A stretch of DNA of 64,000 bases from an uncultured delta proteobacterium (GTDB lineage Bacteria; Desulfobacterota; Desulfobaccia; Desulfobaccales; 0-14-0-80-60-11). Positions 9,619 to 19,557 of this stretch are shown piece after piece. The notes beneath the pieces were generated by a model that saw nothing but the letters and a program-made list of their open reading frames with translations, was not told the DNA's origin and searched no databases. Position 1 is the stretch's first letter; every line of letters starts with the position of its first letter. The DNA lies in contig CAWETI010000002.1 in assembly GCA_963812015.1 (NCBI GenBank), forward strand, positions 672,001 to 736,000, in the 5' to 3' direction. The position numbers and the translations under genes are program-made.

Positions 9619-9789
9619 ATGGACGTAAGGGGCTATGTTGACTGCCCGGCCTGCAAAACAAAGTTCCTGGCTCCCCTTGACGAAAAGAACGGCAGTTACA
9701 TCGGCAATTGCCCTTTCTGCAAGGTCCGCCTCCGTGTCACTTATGCCGTAAGTGACAAGGGAGTTATCTGCTGGGCGACAAGGGCTTGA
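9619..9789 (+). CDS. 56-aa zinc-ribbon protein (not in the ORF track)
   Basis: Translates MDVRGYVDCPACKTKF...NCPFCKVRLRV...; starts 3 nt after the DUF2779 stop. Confidence 0.6.
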   Translation: MDVRGYVDCPACKTKFLAPLDEKNGSYIGNCPFCKVRLRVTYAVSDKGVICWATRA

Positions 9790-10023
9790 GGCATCTATAC
9801 GTTTCGGCGGTGGTATGTGCATGTGGCCTCAGCCTTTCCTCCGGTTCACCATTACAGGGCGGTGTTGGCCTAGGGTTTATAGGCCGACACGCCACTAAAT
9901 CATTTGGGTATGCATGTCAACGTACTCTGATTTCCAAATCATTTTTTTCGTTTTTCCCTTATATCATGGTATAAGGGTAACGATTTGATATTCAAATATA
10001 ATATTTAATCGCAGAGGCTGGAA

Positions 10024-10848
10024 ATGAAAGAGAAATCTATTGTTGGAGATTTGATTAATTTTCGTGGATTAGTTTATGCTCCTGTAAATGAAAATGGAGT
10101 TATATTTCTATTCGGCAGGGTTGCTGACGACCTTAATATGTATATTGAAGAAATCAAGCCCGGATTTCCTGATTGCGTAGGCAGAAGATTTGTTGGAAAA
10201 GGATGGGAAAGAATTTCAATAGAATTTGAATTTAGAAGTTCTAATTTTATCCAGCACGGACATGACCCCAGTAACTGCGATATAATTATTTGTTGGGAAC
10301 ATGATTGGAAGGAGTGCCCATTAGAGGTAATCGAATTAAAATCTGAGATACAAGAACTTCCTAATAATCCAGTTAGAAGACCAGGAGCAACTGAAAAACA
10401 AGAGAAAGATATAGAAAAGAGTTTGAACGAAATTTTCACTAAGGTATCAGCTCTTCCAAAGATTAGAGAATGTTATGAGAAAACATTTGAAAAAGTTACT
10501 GAAATCAATGATGCAATCTGGGCAAAAATTGGTACTTCCTATATTGGATGGTATTCTCCAGAAAGAGCTTTTGTTTCCATAAAAATCAATAAAACCTCTA
10601 TTAGATTTGAATGCTTTTCTCGGGGATTGGATATTCCAGGAACAAAAGTAACAAGTGAAAAGTATGCTCCTCGTTGGGTAGTATTTACAGTCAAAAGCGA
10701 TAGTGATGTTGAGAAAGCGACAAATATTATTGCCGAGTCTTATAAAAGAATAAAAGAAGCAATTTCTGCAGGAGAACCTACAGGGTATTTTTCGGGTGGA
10801 GAAAGTTTTAAACCAAGAGAGTCACTTATGGAAAATGAGAGTGAGTAA
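10024..10848 (+). CDS. PD-(D/E)XK-type endonuclease with DUF5655-like C-terminal domain
   Basis: NENGV.FLF, FPDC, IEFE..SSNF and CD.IICWEHDW. Confidence 0.65.
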   Translation: MKEKSIVGDLINFRGLVYAPVNENGVIFLFGRVADDLNMYIEEIKPGFPDCVGRRFVGKGWERISIEFEFRSSNFIQHGHDPSNCDIIICWEHDWKECPLEVIELKSEIQELPNNPVRRPGATEKQEKDIEKSLNEIFTKVSALPKIRECYEKTFEKVTEINDAIWAKIGTSYIGWYSPERAFVSIKINKTSIRFECFSRGLDIPGTKVTSEKYAPRWVVFTVKSDSDVEKATNIIAESYKRIKEAISAGEPTGYFSGGESFKPRESLMENESE

Positions 10849-10979
10849 TTAAAGACTACTGCCTTTCAAAGGATACTACTGACGCTGGTTTTCTATTGGT
10901 ACTTGATTGAAGGTTTCTGCTATTTAACAACATGTTCTGAAAATAAATAATATTTAGGATATCCGCTTCATATCAATAG

Positions 10980-11100
10980 TTAGACCAAAGAAGCCCCTTT
11001 GTCCATTTTTCCACCTTCCAACCCTTCCAGGGACCATTCTTTCCCTTGACTTTGCCCCGCAGTCGGCAGTAAGATTGGACCAAAATCATTTTTGTCCAAT
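10980..11100. repeat. Two related inverted repeats (putative recombinase sites)
   Basis: ATTGGACCAAAAT-C-ATTTTTGTCCAAT at 11074-11100; TAGACCAAAG..CTTTGTCCA at about 10981-11005. Confidence 0.55.
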
Positions 11101-11105
11101 TTTCT

Positions 11106-11696
11106 ATGGTTGGTCGCTCCCTCATCCCCAAGGCCTGGGTGCCCCAGGCCCTGAGCATCGTCCCCTACTTGACTCGGGAGGAGGTCGCCCGCATGGCGGT
11201 CGCCTGCCAAGGACGAAATCGGCTTCGGGATGAACTCCTCATCCTTACCCTCTTCCAGACGGGTCTGCGTATCTCCGAGGCCCTGCGCCTCACCCCCCGT
11301 AAGATCGAGAGTTATGAAGGCGGCGCCGCCCTGCACATCTTGGGAAAAGGGGGCAAGGCCCGCTTGGTGGCCTGCCCGCCAAGCCTGGCCCATCGCCTCA
11401 AAAGTTACGCCTTCGACAAAAAACTGGAACTCGATGACCGGATCTTCAAGATCAACCGCAAGCGCGCTTGGCAGATCGTCAAGGCAGCCGCGGAGCAGGC
11501 CGGCGTCGCCAAAAGGGTTTACCCCCACCTGTTTCGCCACTCCGGGGCCATTGAGCGCCTGCGGCAGACCGGCAACCCCCGGGCCCTGCAATTGCATTTG
11601 GGTCATGCTTCTCCCTTCATGACCATGCGGTATCTCAGCACTCTCACGGAGGAAGAGGCTTTGCGGATCCAACAAGGGGTGCAGTTTGACCAATAA
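11106..11696 (+). CDS. Small tyrosine recombinase (catalytic domain only, resolvase-like)
   Basis: TGLRISE, GKGGKAR, PHLFRH and HLGH...TMRY. Confidence 0.9.
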   Translation: MVGRSLIPKAWVPQALSIVPYLTREEVARMAVACQGRNRLRDELLILTLFQTGLRISEALRLTPRKIESYEGGAALHILGKGGKARLVACPPSLAHRLKSYAFDKKLELDDRIFKINRKRAWQIVKAAAEQAGVAKRVYPHLFRHSGAIERLRQTGNPRALQLHLGHASPFMTMRYLSTLTEEEALRIQQGVQFDQ

Positions 11697-11794
11697 GTTC
11701 AGCCCTTAGACTTACTGACCACCTAAGGGATTGGGATAATCCTTTAGGACCAGTGTTTAGGCTTGCAACTAACCTTCACCATGAGGAGCGACAT

Positions 11795-12175
11795 ATGGGC
11801 GGCGTATTTGAAGTCTATATCCAGACCCATTTCTCAGCGGCCCATCGCTTAGAGGGCTATCCGGGTGACTGCGCCCGTACTCACGGCCATAATTGGATCG
11901 TCGAGGTCTATGTGAAATGTTCGGCCTTGAATGACATTGGGATCGGCATCGATTTTCGGGACATCAAAGTCGCGGTGAAGGAGGTCCTCTCAGGACTGGA
12001 TCATTTTAACCTGAATGACCTGGAACCTTTTCAACAGATCAACCCCACTTCAGAATATATTGCCAAATTCCTCTATGAAGAACTATCCAAAAAATTGGAT
12101 GCCCGCACCTTGAAGGTCTCCAAGGTTAAAGTGAGCGAAACCCCGGGGGCCGGGGCCTTTTACTATGAAGAGTAA
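11795..12175 (+). CDS. queD: 6-carboxytetrahydropterin synthase
   Basis: FSAAH, C.RTHGHN, LDH..LN, NPTSE and V.ET; GAGGAG RBS before ATG 11795. Confidence 0.95.
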   Translation: MGGVFEVYIQTHFSAAHRLEGYPGDCARTHGHNWIVEVYVKCSALNDIGIGIDFRDIKVAVKEVLSGLDHFNLNDLEPFQQINPTSEYIAKFLYEELSKKLDARTLKVSKVKVSETPGAGAFYYEE

Positions 12176-12211
12176 GAGTCCTAGCGATAAATTTGCGTTG
12201 CGGAGGACCCC

Positions 12212-12856
12212 GTGACCATCTTTTTTGACGGTGGTTTCGAGCCGGGCAAGTGGGCCGGAGGTCTAGCGAAACTCTTGCATCAGGCCAAGATTATCGATGA
12301 TCTACTGCCCAAGGCCCGGGTGTGGCGGGCCAATTGGACCCAATGGATCCAGTTTGAACCAGTGGGGCATGTGGGGCCGGCCTTCTGGTTAGGCAAGCCT
12401 GCCATCTTGTCAGGAAATGGCTTTCTTTATGTGGGGTATTATGTGGAAAGGGGTCTCTTAAGCCACCCCAGTCATCCCGAATATGTCATCACCCCCGAAT
12501 GGGAGTGGCATGGCTTCATGAAATGTCTGGAGCATGACCCTTGCCGCAGGACCCTCAATTCCCTCATGCAAAATTTACCTGAGGAACAGCGCTGCCTCTG
12601 GGTGCGCATTGTGCACGACGAGAAAGGGATCCTCTTGGATCAAGTCCTGGCCTATGGGGATGAACACACCTTATTGGATTTTATGAGGATCAGCGCGCAA
12701 GCCCCGACTGATCATTGGGTCGAGGCCATGCTGGGAGTACGCTTCTCTAAAGAAGAATGCCTACATTTGCAAAAGAAAATAGTACCAGAGATGAGGAACC
12801 CACTTATTCGGGCCGATGAGATTCGCTGGTTAGCTATTCAACAATTAAAAAAATGA
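12212..12856 (+). CDS. Hypothetical protein inserted in the que operon
   Basis: GGAGG RBS, GTG start, 214 aa, Trp/Tyr-rich. Confidence 0.7.
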   Translation: MTIFFDGGFEPGKWAGGLAKLLHQAKIIDDLLPKARVWRANWTQWIQFEPVGHVGPAFWLGKPAILSGNGFLYVGYYVERGLLSHPSHPEYVITPEWEWHGFMKCLEHDPCRRTLNSLMQNLPEEQRCLWVRIVHDEKGILLDQVLAYGDEHTLLDFMRISAQAPTDHWVEAMLGVRFSKEECLHLQKKIVPEMRNPLIRADEIRWLAIQQLKK

Positions 12857-12886
12857 TTAATTATTAATGCCTTTGGTAACAAGTGA

Positions 12887-13534
12887 ATGCCTCTCCAAAT
12901 AAATGAAATTTTCTATTCTATTCAAGGGGAATCTTCATATGGAGGGTATCCTTGTGTTTTCATAAGACTAACTGGCTGTAATCTGCGCTGCTCATATTGC
13001 GATACCCAGTATGCTTATTTTGAGGGAGAACAGTTAGAGATAGATGATATTTTGAAGCGAATTAAGCTTTATCAATGCAAACTGGTGGAAATAACGGGAG
13101 GAGAACCATTGTTGCAACAGAAAACCCCCCAGTTAATAACGCAATTACTGGAAAAAAGATATAAAGTTTTATTAGAAACTAACGGCAGCCAAGATATCAG
13201 GCAGGTTGACCCGCGCTGTGTCAGAATCATTGATATCAAGTGCCCCTCCAGCGGTGAAGCGGACCAGAATAAGTTAGACAACCTGAACCACTTAACCCAA
13301 GAAGATGAAATAAAGTTTGTTATTGGCAATCGCCAAGACTACGAATTTGCCAAAAATATCATTCCATTAACTGAGTTAGATAAAAAACCATTAAGGTTTA
13401 TCCATTTCTCGCCGGTTTTTGGTAGGCTGGAACCACGGACTTTAGCCCAATGGCTACTGGAAGATCATCTCCCGGTGAGACTCCATCTGCAACTGCACAA
13501 AATAATCTGGGCTCCAGAACAGCGAGGAGTATAG
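12887..13534 (+). CDS. queE: 7-carboxy-7-deazaguanine synthase (radical SAM)
   Basis: EIFYSIQGE, CNLRCSYCDT, TGGEP and QLHK. Confidence 0.95.
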   Translation: MPLQINEIFYSIQGESSYGGYPCVFIRLTGCNLRCSYCDTQYAYFEGEQLEIDDILKRIKLYQCKLVEITGGEPLLQQKTPQLITQLLEKRYKVLLETNGSQDIRQVDPRCVRIIDIKCPSSGEADQNKLDNLNHLTQEDEIKFVIGNRQDYEFAKNIIPLTELDKKPLRFIHFSPVFGRLEPRTLAQWLLEDHLPVRLHLQLHKIIWAPEQRGV

Positions 13535-14233
13535 GTGATGGTGAGGGGAAAAGCCATCGTGCTTTCAAGTGGCGGACTTGATTCTACCACCACCATGGCT
13601 ATCGCTCAGGCGGAAGGATTTGAAATTTTTAGCCTAAGCTTTCGTTATGGTCAGCGTCATAGCCTGGAAATTCAGGCAGCGGAAAATGTGGCGAGGGTCT
13701 TCGGAGTTAAGGAACACTTGGTAGTTGACATCGATTTGACCAAAATTGGGGGGTCCGCCCTCACTGACAATCTAGAGGTACCCAAAGCCCGTTCTGAGCA
13801 CGAAATGCAGAAGGGAATCCCGATCACTTATGTGCCGGCCCGCAATACCATATTCCTATCCTTTGCCTTAGCATGGGCCGAGGTGTTGAACGTCGCCGAT
13901 ATCTTCATCGGGGTGAACGCCCTCGATTATAGCGGTTATCCGGACTGCCGCCCCGAGTTTATCCGAGCCTTCGAGAACTTAGCAAACCTAGCCACCAAAG
14001 CAGGAGTCGAAGGAACCACCCGGTTTCGGATTCATGCTCCTCTCATCAATATGACCAAAGCGGATATTATTCGCACGGGTAATAAACTCGGGGTGGATTT
14101 TAGCCTCACCCACAGTTGCTATGACCCCTCTCCGGATGGACGGGCCTGCGGAAATTGCGACAGTTGTCTGCTGAGGAAAAAAGGCTTTTGGGAAGCGGGA
14201 ATTCCCGATCCGACTCTCTATCTGATTTCGTAA
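13535..14233 (+). CDS. queC: 7-cyano-7-deazaguanine synthase
   Basis: SGGLDS, YGQRH, VPARN, YPDCR and SCY...CGNCDSC. Confidence 0.97.
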   Translation: MMVRGKAIVLSSGGLDSTTTMAIAQAEGFEIFSLSFRYGQRHSLEIQAAENVARVFGVKEHLVVDIDLTKIGGSALTDNLEVPKARSEHEMQKGIPITYVPARNTIFLSFALAWAEVLNVADIFIGVNALDYSGYPDCRPEFIRAFENLANLATKAGVEGTTRFRIHAPLINMTKADIIRTGNKLGVDFSLTHSCYDPSPDGRACGNCDSCLLRKKGFWEAGIPDPTLYLIS

Positions 14234-14250
14234 GCACTAAGAGGTGTGTC

Positions 14251-15031
14251 ATGATAGATGTCCAAAACCTTCCTGGTTTGTACAATCTCAACATTGACAA
14301 AGTGGGCATCTCAGATGTGAGTTATCCCATCGAAGTTTTAGACAAGAACCAGGAAAAGCAAGCCGCTACCGCCACGATTAATATGTATGTGGATCTCCCC
14401 CACCATTTTAAGGGGACCCACATGAGACCGCTTTATTGAGGTACTTAATAAATACCGGGGTGAGATCACCGTGAGAAATATGGGCAATATCCTGAGGGAA
14501 ATCGCCCGGAGCCTGGAAGCCAGATCATCCCACATGGAATTGAGCTTTAAATATTTTATTGAGAAAGAAGCACCCGTTTCCAAAGCCCGGAGCCTCATGG
14601 GATATGATTGCCGCTTTATCGCCTCCTACACCCAGGACAAAGACGAGGATTTTATTCTGGAAGTTAAAGTGCCGGTGATGAATCTATGTCCCTGTTCCAA
14701 GGAGATCAGTGGCACCGCCGCCCATAACCAAAGAAGTGAGGTGACCGTCCAGGTGCGATTCAAAGACTTTGTCTGGATCGAGGATGTCATCGCCTTGGCA
14801 GAGCAATCTGCAAGTTCGGACCTTTATGCCCTTCTGAAAAGGCCTGATGAAAAATATGTTGCAGAACGGGCTTATGAGAATCCGAGATTTGTCGAAGACA
14901 TTGTCAGGATCATCGCCAATGGACTCTTGCAAGACGAAAAAATCACCTGGTTTGCGGTCAAGTCTATCAATTACGAAAGCATCCACAATCATAACGCATA
15001 TGCCTTTATCACCAGAGATAAGCGGCTATGA
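14251..15031 (+). pseudogene. folE2: GTP cyclohydrolase IB with a +1 frameshift at about 14427 (real or assembly error)
   Basis: IDKVGI and KGTHM in one frame; LCPCSK, HNQRS and ESIHNH in another. Removing one A restores HMSRF. Confidence 0.9.
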
Positions 15032-17330
15032 TCACTTTTGACCTGTTTCACGAAATTGCGATTAAAATTCGCGATGACAAGAAATTAGACGAAGCTCAGA
15101 AAGAAGCCGTTTCATTTCCCGCATGTGACCCTCTTTTCTTGGTTGCAGGTCCTGGTTCAGGGAAAACTACGGTCCTTACGTTGAGAACCCTTCGGTTTAT
15201 TTTTGTAGACGGCATCTATCCCCAGAGTATCGTGGCCACCACCTTCACCAAAAAAGCAGCAGCAGAACTACGCTCCCGCATTTTGAGTTGGGGGGAACTC
15301 ATCAAGGAAGAGGTTAAAAAACAAAAACTTACCCCAGAACAGCATACTTTTCTGGAAAGTATAGACATCAACCGAATCAATACCGGGACGTTGGACAGCC
15401 TATCTGAGACCATTATGCGGGAATACCGCATGGCAGGTGACCCTCCTCCGGTCGTCCTTGATCAGTTTCTTGCAGATGTGCGTTTAGCGCAGAAGGGCTT
15501 ATTTGAAGGGGGGCGGTTCCAAAATAAAGAATTGGAGGCTTATCTCAAACAGATACGAGGATCTTATCAGGCTCGCAGCCTATCCACTAAAAAGAATTTC
15601 CTTCGGGGCCTGCACGACCGATTTGCCCAGAATCAGGTGGATATGGAGGCCTTCGCCAGGGAGGATCCCGGGCGGCAACAGGCCAAAGAGGCCATAAGCG
15701 GCTATCGGGACTCCCTCAGAGATGATGAAGCTCTGGACTTCGCTCTCCTGGAAGAAGAGTTTCGCTCTCGTTTGCTCGATAATAGGCTGGCGGCTTTTTT
15801 AGAGACGATCAAGGTGCTCTTGGTGGATGAATACCAGGATACCAACTATCTCCAAGAGCAGATCTATTTCACCATTGCCCAGTCTATTCAGGGGGCCATT
15901 ACGGTGGTGGGGGATGATGACCAATCGCTTTACCGCTTTCGGGGTGCCACCGTGGACCTCTTTCGGGAACTTCCTGATCGATTGAAGGGGGTACTAGGGG
16001 GTAAAACTGCGAAGACGATTCACCTACGCACCAATTACCGTTCTAGTCAGCAGATCGTCACGTTCTTTTCTCATTTTATCAAATTAGATCCCGCATATCT
16101 TCCCCGCGAGTCTTAAATAAACCCGAGGTTTTGCCCCACGCCGGCGCTGAGGTGGGTCTCCCCGTGTTGGGTATGTTCCGAGATAACCGGGAAGCCCTGG
16201 CCCAGGATTTGGCTGAATTAATTCATGCCATTTTTAGGGGACCCGGGTTTGAAATAATTTTACAGAATAAGAAAATAACCATTCAGAAAGATCCCGAAGG
16301 CGGGGATGTTGGCGATTGCGCACTCTTAATGAGCAGTCCGGCCGAATATGCTAGTGGCGGTGCGGAACGACTACCCAGGTTATTGCAGGACGGGTTGAAT
16401 CAATATGAAGATTTCATCCAGTTATTCAACCCCCGAGGAGAATTTTATGCCGACATCGATCAAGTAATGACTCTCTGCGGCCTACTCTTGGAGGCCATCG
16501 ACCCGCACAAGAAAGTGGAAGAGGCCGTGGGCAACTTTCCCGAGGAAGCGGTCCACCAAATGCAATGCTGGCGGGACCATGCCCGCAGGTTCATCACGAC
16601 TAATCCGGTCCCAAACCGACCGCATCCCCTTAAAGATTTCATTGACGCATGGGCCGTCCGGCGCTCCCAAGAACCGGGCCGGAAATGGCTCCAGGAAGCC
16701 CTTATCCTGGACCTTTGCTACAAACTAGTCACCTGGCTTCCGTTTTTCCAAGACGATCCCGAAGGGCAGGTGTACTTGGAGGTCATCTGCCGGGCCATCG
16801 CTCAAAATGCCGCCTACTCTCGGTACGAATCAAAGCTTTTGAGCAATAAAGAATTCGAAAGCATCAAAGAAGCCTACTGGAACATTTTTATCCCCTTAGC
16901 CACCGGCGTGATCGAACTTAATGAAGAACTCATCGAAACCTTCCCCCGAAATCGCCTATCCATTTTATCGATTCATCAGGCCAAGGGCCTGGAATTCCCC
17001 ATGGTGATCGTAGATGTATCCTCGGATTTCAAAAGTAATCATTATTCTCAAAGATTTAAGAGATTTCCTGATCCCAAAAGGGTTGGCGAAACTTACAGCA
17101 TGGAAGATGAGGTACGCCGTTTTTCCCCTTTACAAAATTTCCCCATCGGCTCCAAACTTGACCGTGCCTTCGATGACTTAGTGAGACAATATTTCGTCGC
17201 CTATAGTCGGGCTCAAATAGTATTACTGCTGGTAGGCTTGCGGAACCACCACATCCCGAATGTGGCTTTGGGTTGGCGCCGGGACGAAAGTTGGGCATGG
17301 CAGAATAAATTACCTTGGTTAACTATTTGA
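15028..17330 (+). pseudogene. UvrD-like SF1 helicase split by a 1-nt frameshift at about 16102-16107
   Basis: AGPGSGKT, TFT, DEYQD, GDDDQSLYRFRGA and NYRS in the first ORF; IHQAKGLEF and YFVAYSRA in the second. Adding one base joins them. Confidence 0.85.
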
Positions 17331-17337
17331 GGTTCCT

Positions 17338-18456
17338 ATGAAACTCGAGATACGTCCCTCTCACTATCTCATTCCGCAGTATAGTCTAACGGGAGACCTC
17401 CTGTCTTATCTGCGTTGTGGGTTGCAGTATCGCTATCTCAATGGCAGCGCCCTGCCGCCTTCCCGTCCGGTGCAGCAATGGTTTGGAGAATTCATCCACG
17501 GGGTTATGGAGGAGGCCTTTAAGACTTTTCGGGAACGAAATGCCCTACCACCTTGGCCCAACGAGGATATTCAGGCCATTTGCCAGAGGATTGAAAAACG
17601 CCTGGGGGTAAGGGGAAAATCCCCTCGGAACCGTACCCTTCGGGAGATTGCATATAGCCGGGCGCATTTGGCTATCAATGAACTTGGCCCTCACCTCTTC
17701 CCCCTAATCGCCGTTGCAGAGGTTAGGCTGAGTGCCACACGGGAAATGCCCCAGGAGCAAGGTATCCAGTTTCGGTCAAAGCATTTTGAGATACGGGGAG
17801 TGATCGACGTCCTTACCAGGGTTTCACTCAGCCAGTTTCAGGGTGACAACCTGCTATTGCAAATGCTCTGGGAGGTACTCGGTCCTGAGATCCCCCGTGA
17901 TGATTTTGAGGTCATCGTGGATTACAAGGGGATGCGTCGTCCATCCGTTATGGATGACACTTGGGCTCAACTGGATTGGCAGATTAATACATACGCCTGG
18001 CTACGGATGATGCAACCGGAAAGCCAAACAGTAATTGCGGGAGTGCTCATCTTTATCAATGAACTCCAACCCTCCAAGGAAGACCTCATAGAACTCCAGC
18101 AAGAGATCAAAATGGGCAGGACGGATGTCATCCCGGCCAAGGATGTAACCGAATTTCAAACCATTATGACATGGGATAAAAAAGCTGAGGTTCCCAGCCT
18201 GCCGCTGGATTTTCGGTTTCGTCGGGCCATCCGCATCGTCAAAATAAGCCCGAAGACTACGACGAATTCATTAAATAAATTTCACGAAGTCGTGAAGAAC
18301 ATTGAACATTGTGTCCTAAAAGAAAAAAATTGTGGTTCCATCCTCACTGTTTGGCCTCAGAAACCAGAGGAAAAGACCTGTACCGCCTGTGATTTTGAGA
18401 CCTTTTGTCCAAGTCTCAAAAAGTCTGGCGAACCTCGGGCACCAAAAGCCCCCTGA
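17338..18456 (+). CDS. PD-(D/E)XK nuclease, Cas4/AddB-like, with putative Fe-S cysteines
   Basis: N-terminal RCGLQY, G.FIH, GVID, VDYK, QINTY and C-terminal CTACDF..FCP. Confidence 0.85.
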   Translation: MKLEIRPSHYLIPQYSLTGDLLSYLRCGLQYRYLNGSALPPSRPVQQWFGEFIHGVMEEAFKTFRERNALPPWPNEDIQAICQRIEKRLGVRGKSPRNRTLREIAYSRAHLAINELGPHLFPLIAVAEVRLSATREMPQEQGIQFRSKHFEIRGVIDVLTRVSLSQFQGDNLLLQMLWEVLGPEIPRDDFEVIVDYKGMRRPSVMDDTWAQLDWQINTYAWLRMMQPESQTVIAGVLIFINELQPSKEDLIELQQEIKMGRTDVIPAKDVTEFQTIMTWDKKAEVPSLPLDFRFRRAIRIVKISPKTTTNSLNKFHEVVKNIEHCVLKEKNCGSILTVWPQKPEEKTCTACDFETFCPSLKKSGEPRAPKAP

Positions 18457-18588
18457 CCATTACACCAGGCCACCAAAATCCCTCCTTGGAAATATCCCTC
18501 GATTTACAAGAAATTACTTGAAATAAATATTCTTATTGTGGTAATTTCCGGATATCGCTATCTTCATTAACTACCTTAATAAATTTCT

Positions 18589-19557
18589 ATGATTAACGTA
18601 ATTAATCTCTTCGTGACCTGTACCCAGAGGAAGAGTCGGGAAATTTCCTCTGAATTGCGGTTCAGGTTCCTTCCTGCCTATGAGACGTTGGAAGATCTCA
18701 GCGTGGCCTGGATCGATCGCTTGCAGGAACGGAAGGGGGAATTGGTCCACGCAAGTGAACTCTATGCCGGTGACCACTGGCAGGTAGTCCGATCCATAAA
18801 AAACGCGACAAACAATTCCCCTCTTGATTTGAGGATCTGGGTTATCTCGGCAGGCTATGGGCTCATATCTTACGATGCCCCATTGCAGCCTTATGCCGCC
18901 ACGTTTTCCGTTAGGAACCCGGATTCCATCCTCTCTCACTGCCCTTTAACAAAAGCAAAACAGATGCGGGCAGAGTGGTGGCGTCTGCTGGCAGAATGGA
19001 CCGGACCAGAACCACACAAACCTCGTTCTTTCGTTCAGGTGATCGGACAGGATCCGGAAGCTTTCCTCTTAATTGTTGCCTCGAACACCTATCTCGAAGC
19101 CATTGCACCGGATTTGACACAGGTGGTTCAGCGCCACCCGGCCCACAAAATCGGCATTATCTCAGCCGGAGTTCCTCAAAAGGGATGGTTAAGACCATAT
19201 CTTCTCCCCTGTGATTTGCGATTGAGATCGGTTCTAGGCGGCAGTTGTCATTCTCTCAATGTACGCATGGCCAGATGGGTATTACAGGAATGCGGTGGCC
19301 AACCATTGAATTTTGCAAAAATGAGGGAATGGCTACCAAGGTTTTTGGAAGGTGAAAAAAAACCTGAACTACCACAAAGAAAACCAATGAACGATAGCAG
19401 CGTAATAGATTTTATTTATAAAAAGATTAAACGTAATCCTGCAATAAAACCAACGCCTTTGCTTACGGAATTCCGTAAATCAGGATATGCCTGTGAACAA
19501 CATAGATTTTTATCATTATTTATGACCGCTCGAGAGGAGTTCATTAATAATGGTTAA
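18589..19557 (+). CDS. dpdC: DpdC-like (YaaA/DUF6884-like) protein
   Basis: VTCTQRK, A.ELY.G, VISAGYGLI and PY..TF; adjacent to dpdB/dpdA. Confidence 0.65.
   Translation: MINVINLFVTCTQRKSREISSELRFRFLPAYETLEDLSVAWIDRLQERKGELVHASELYAGDHWQVVRSIKNATNNSPLDLRIWVISAGYGLISYDAPLQPYAATFSVRNPDSILSHCPLTKAKQMRAEWWRLLAEWTGPEPHKPRSFVQVIGQDPEAFLLIVASNTYLEAIAPDLTQVVQRHPAHKIGIISAGVPQKGWLRPYLLPCDLRLRSVLGGSCHSLNVRMARWVLQECGGQPLNFAKMREWLPRFLEGEKKPELPQRKPMNDSSVIDFIYKKIKRNPAIKPTPLLTEFRKSGYACEQHRFLSLFMTAREEFINNG

Noticed and set aside
11106..11696. Integron integrase for the cassette-like array
   Set aside because: Too short, lacks the IntI-specific insertion, and lies 5 kb from the array.
11795..15031. Housekeeping tRNA queuosine operon
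   Set aside because: No queF, queA or canonical tgt; linked to dpdA inside an island.
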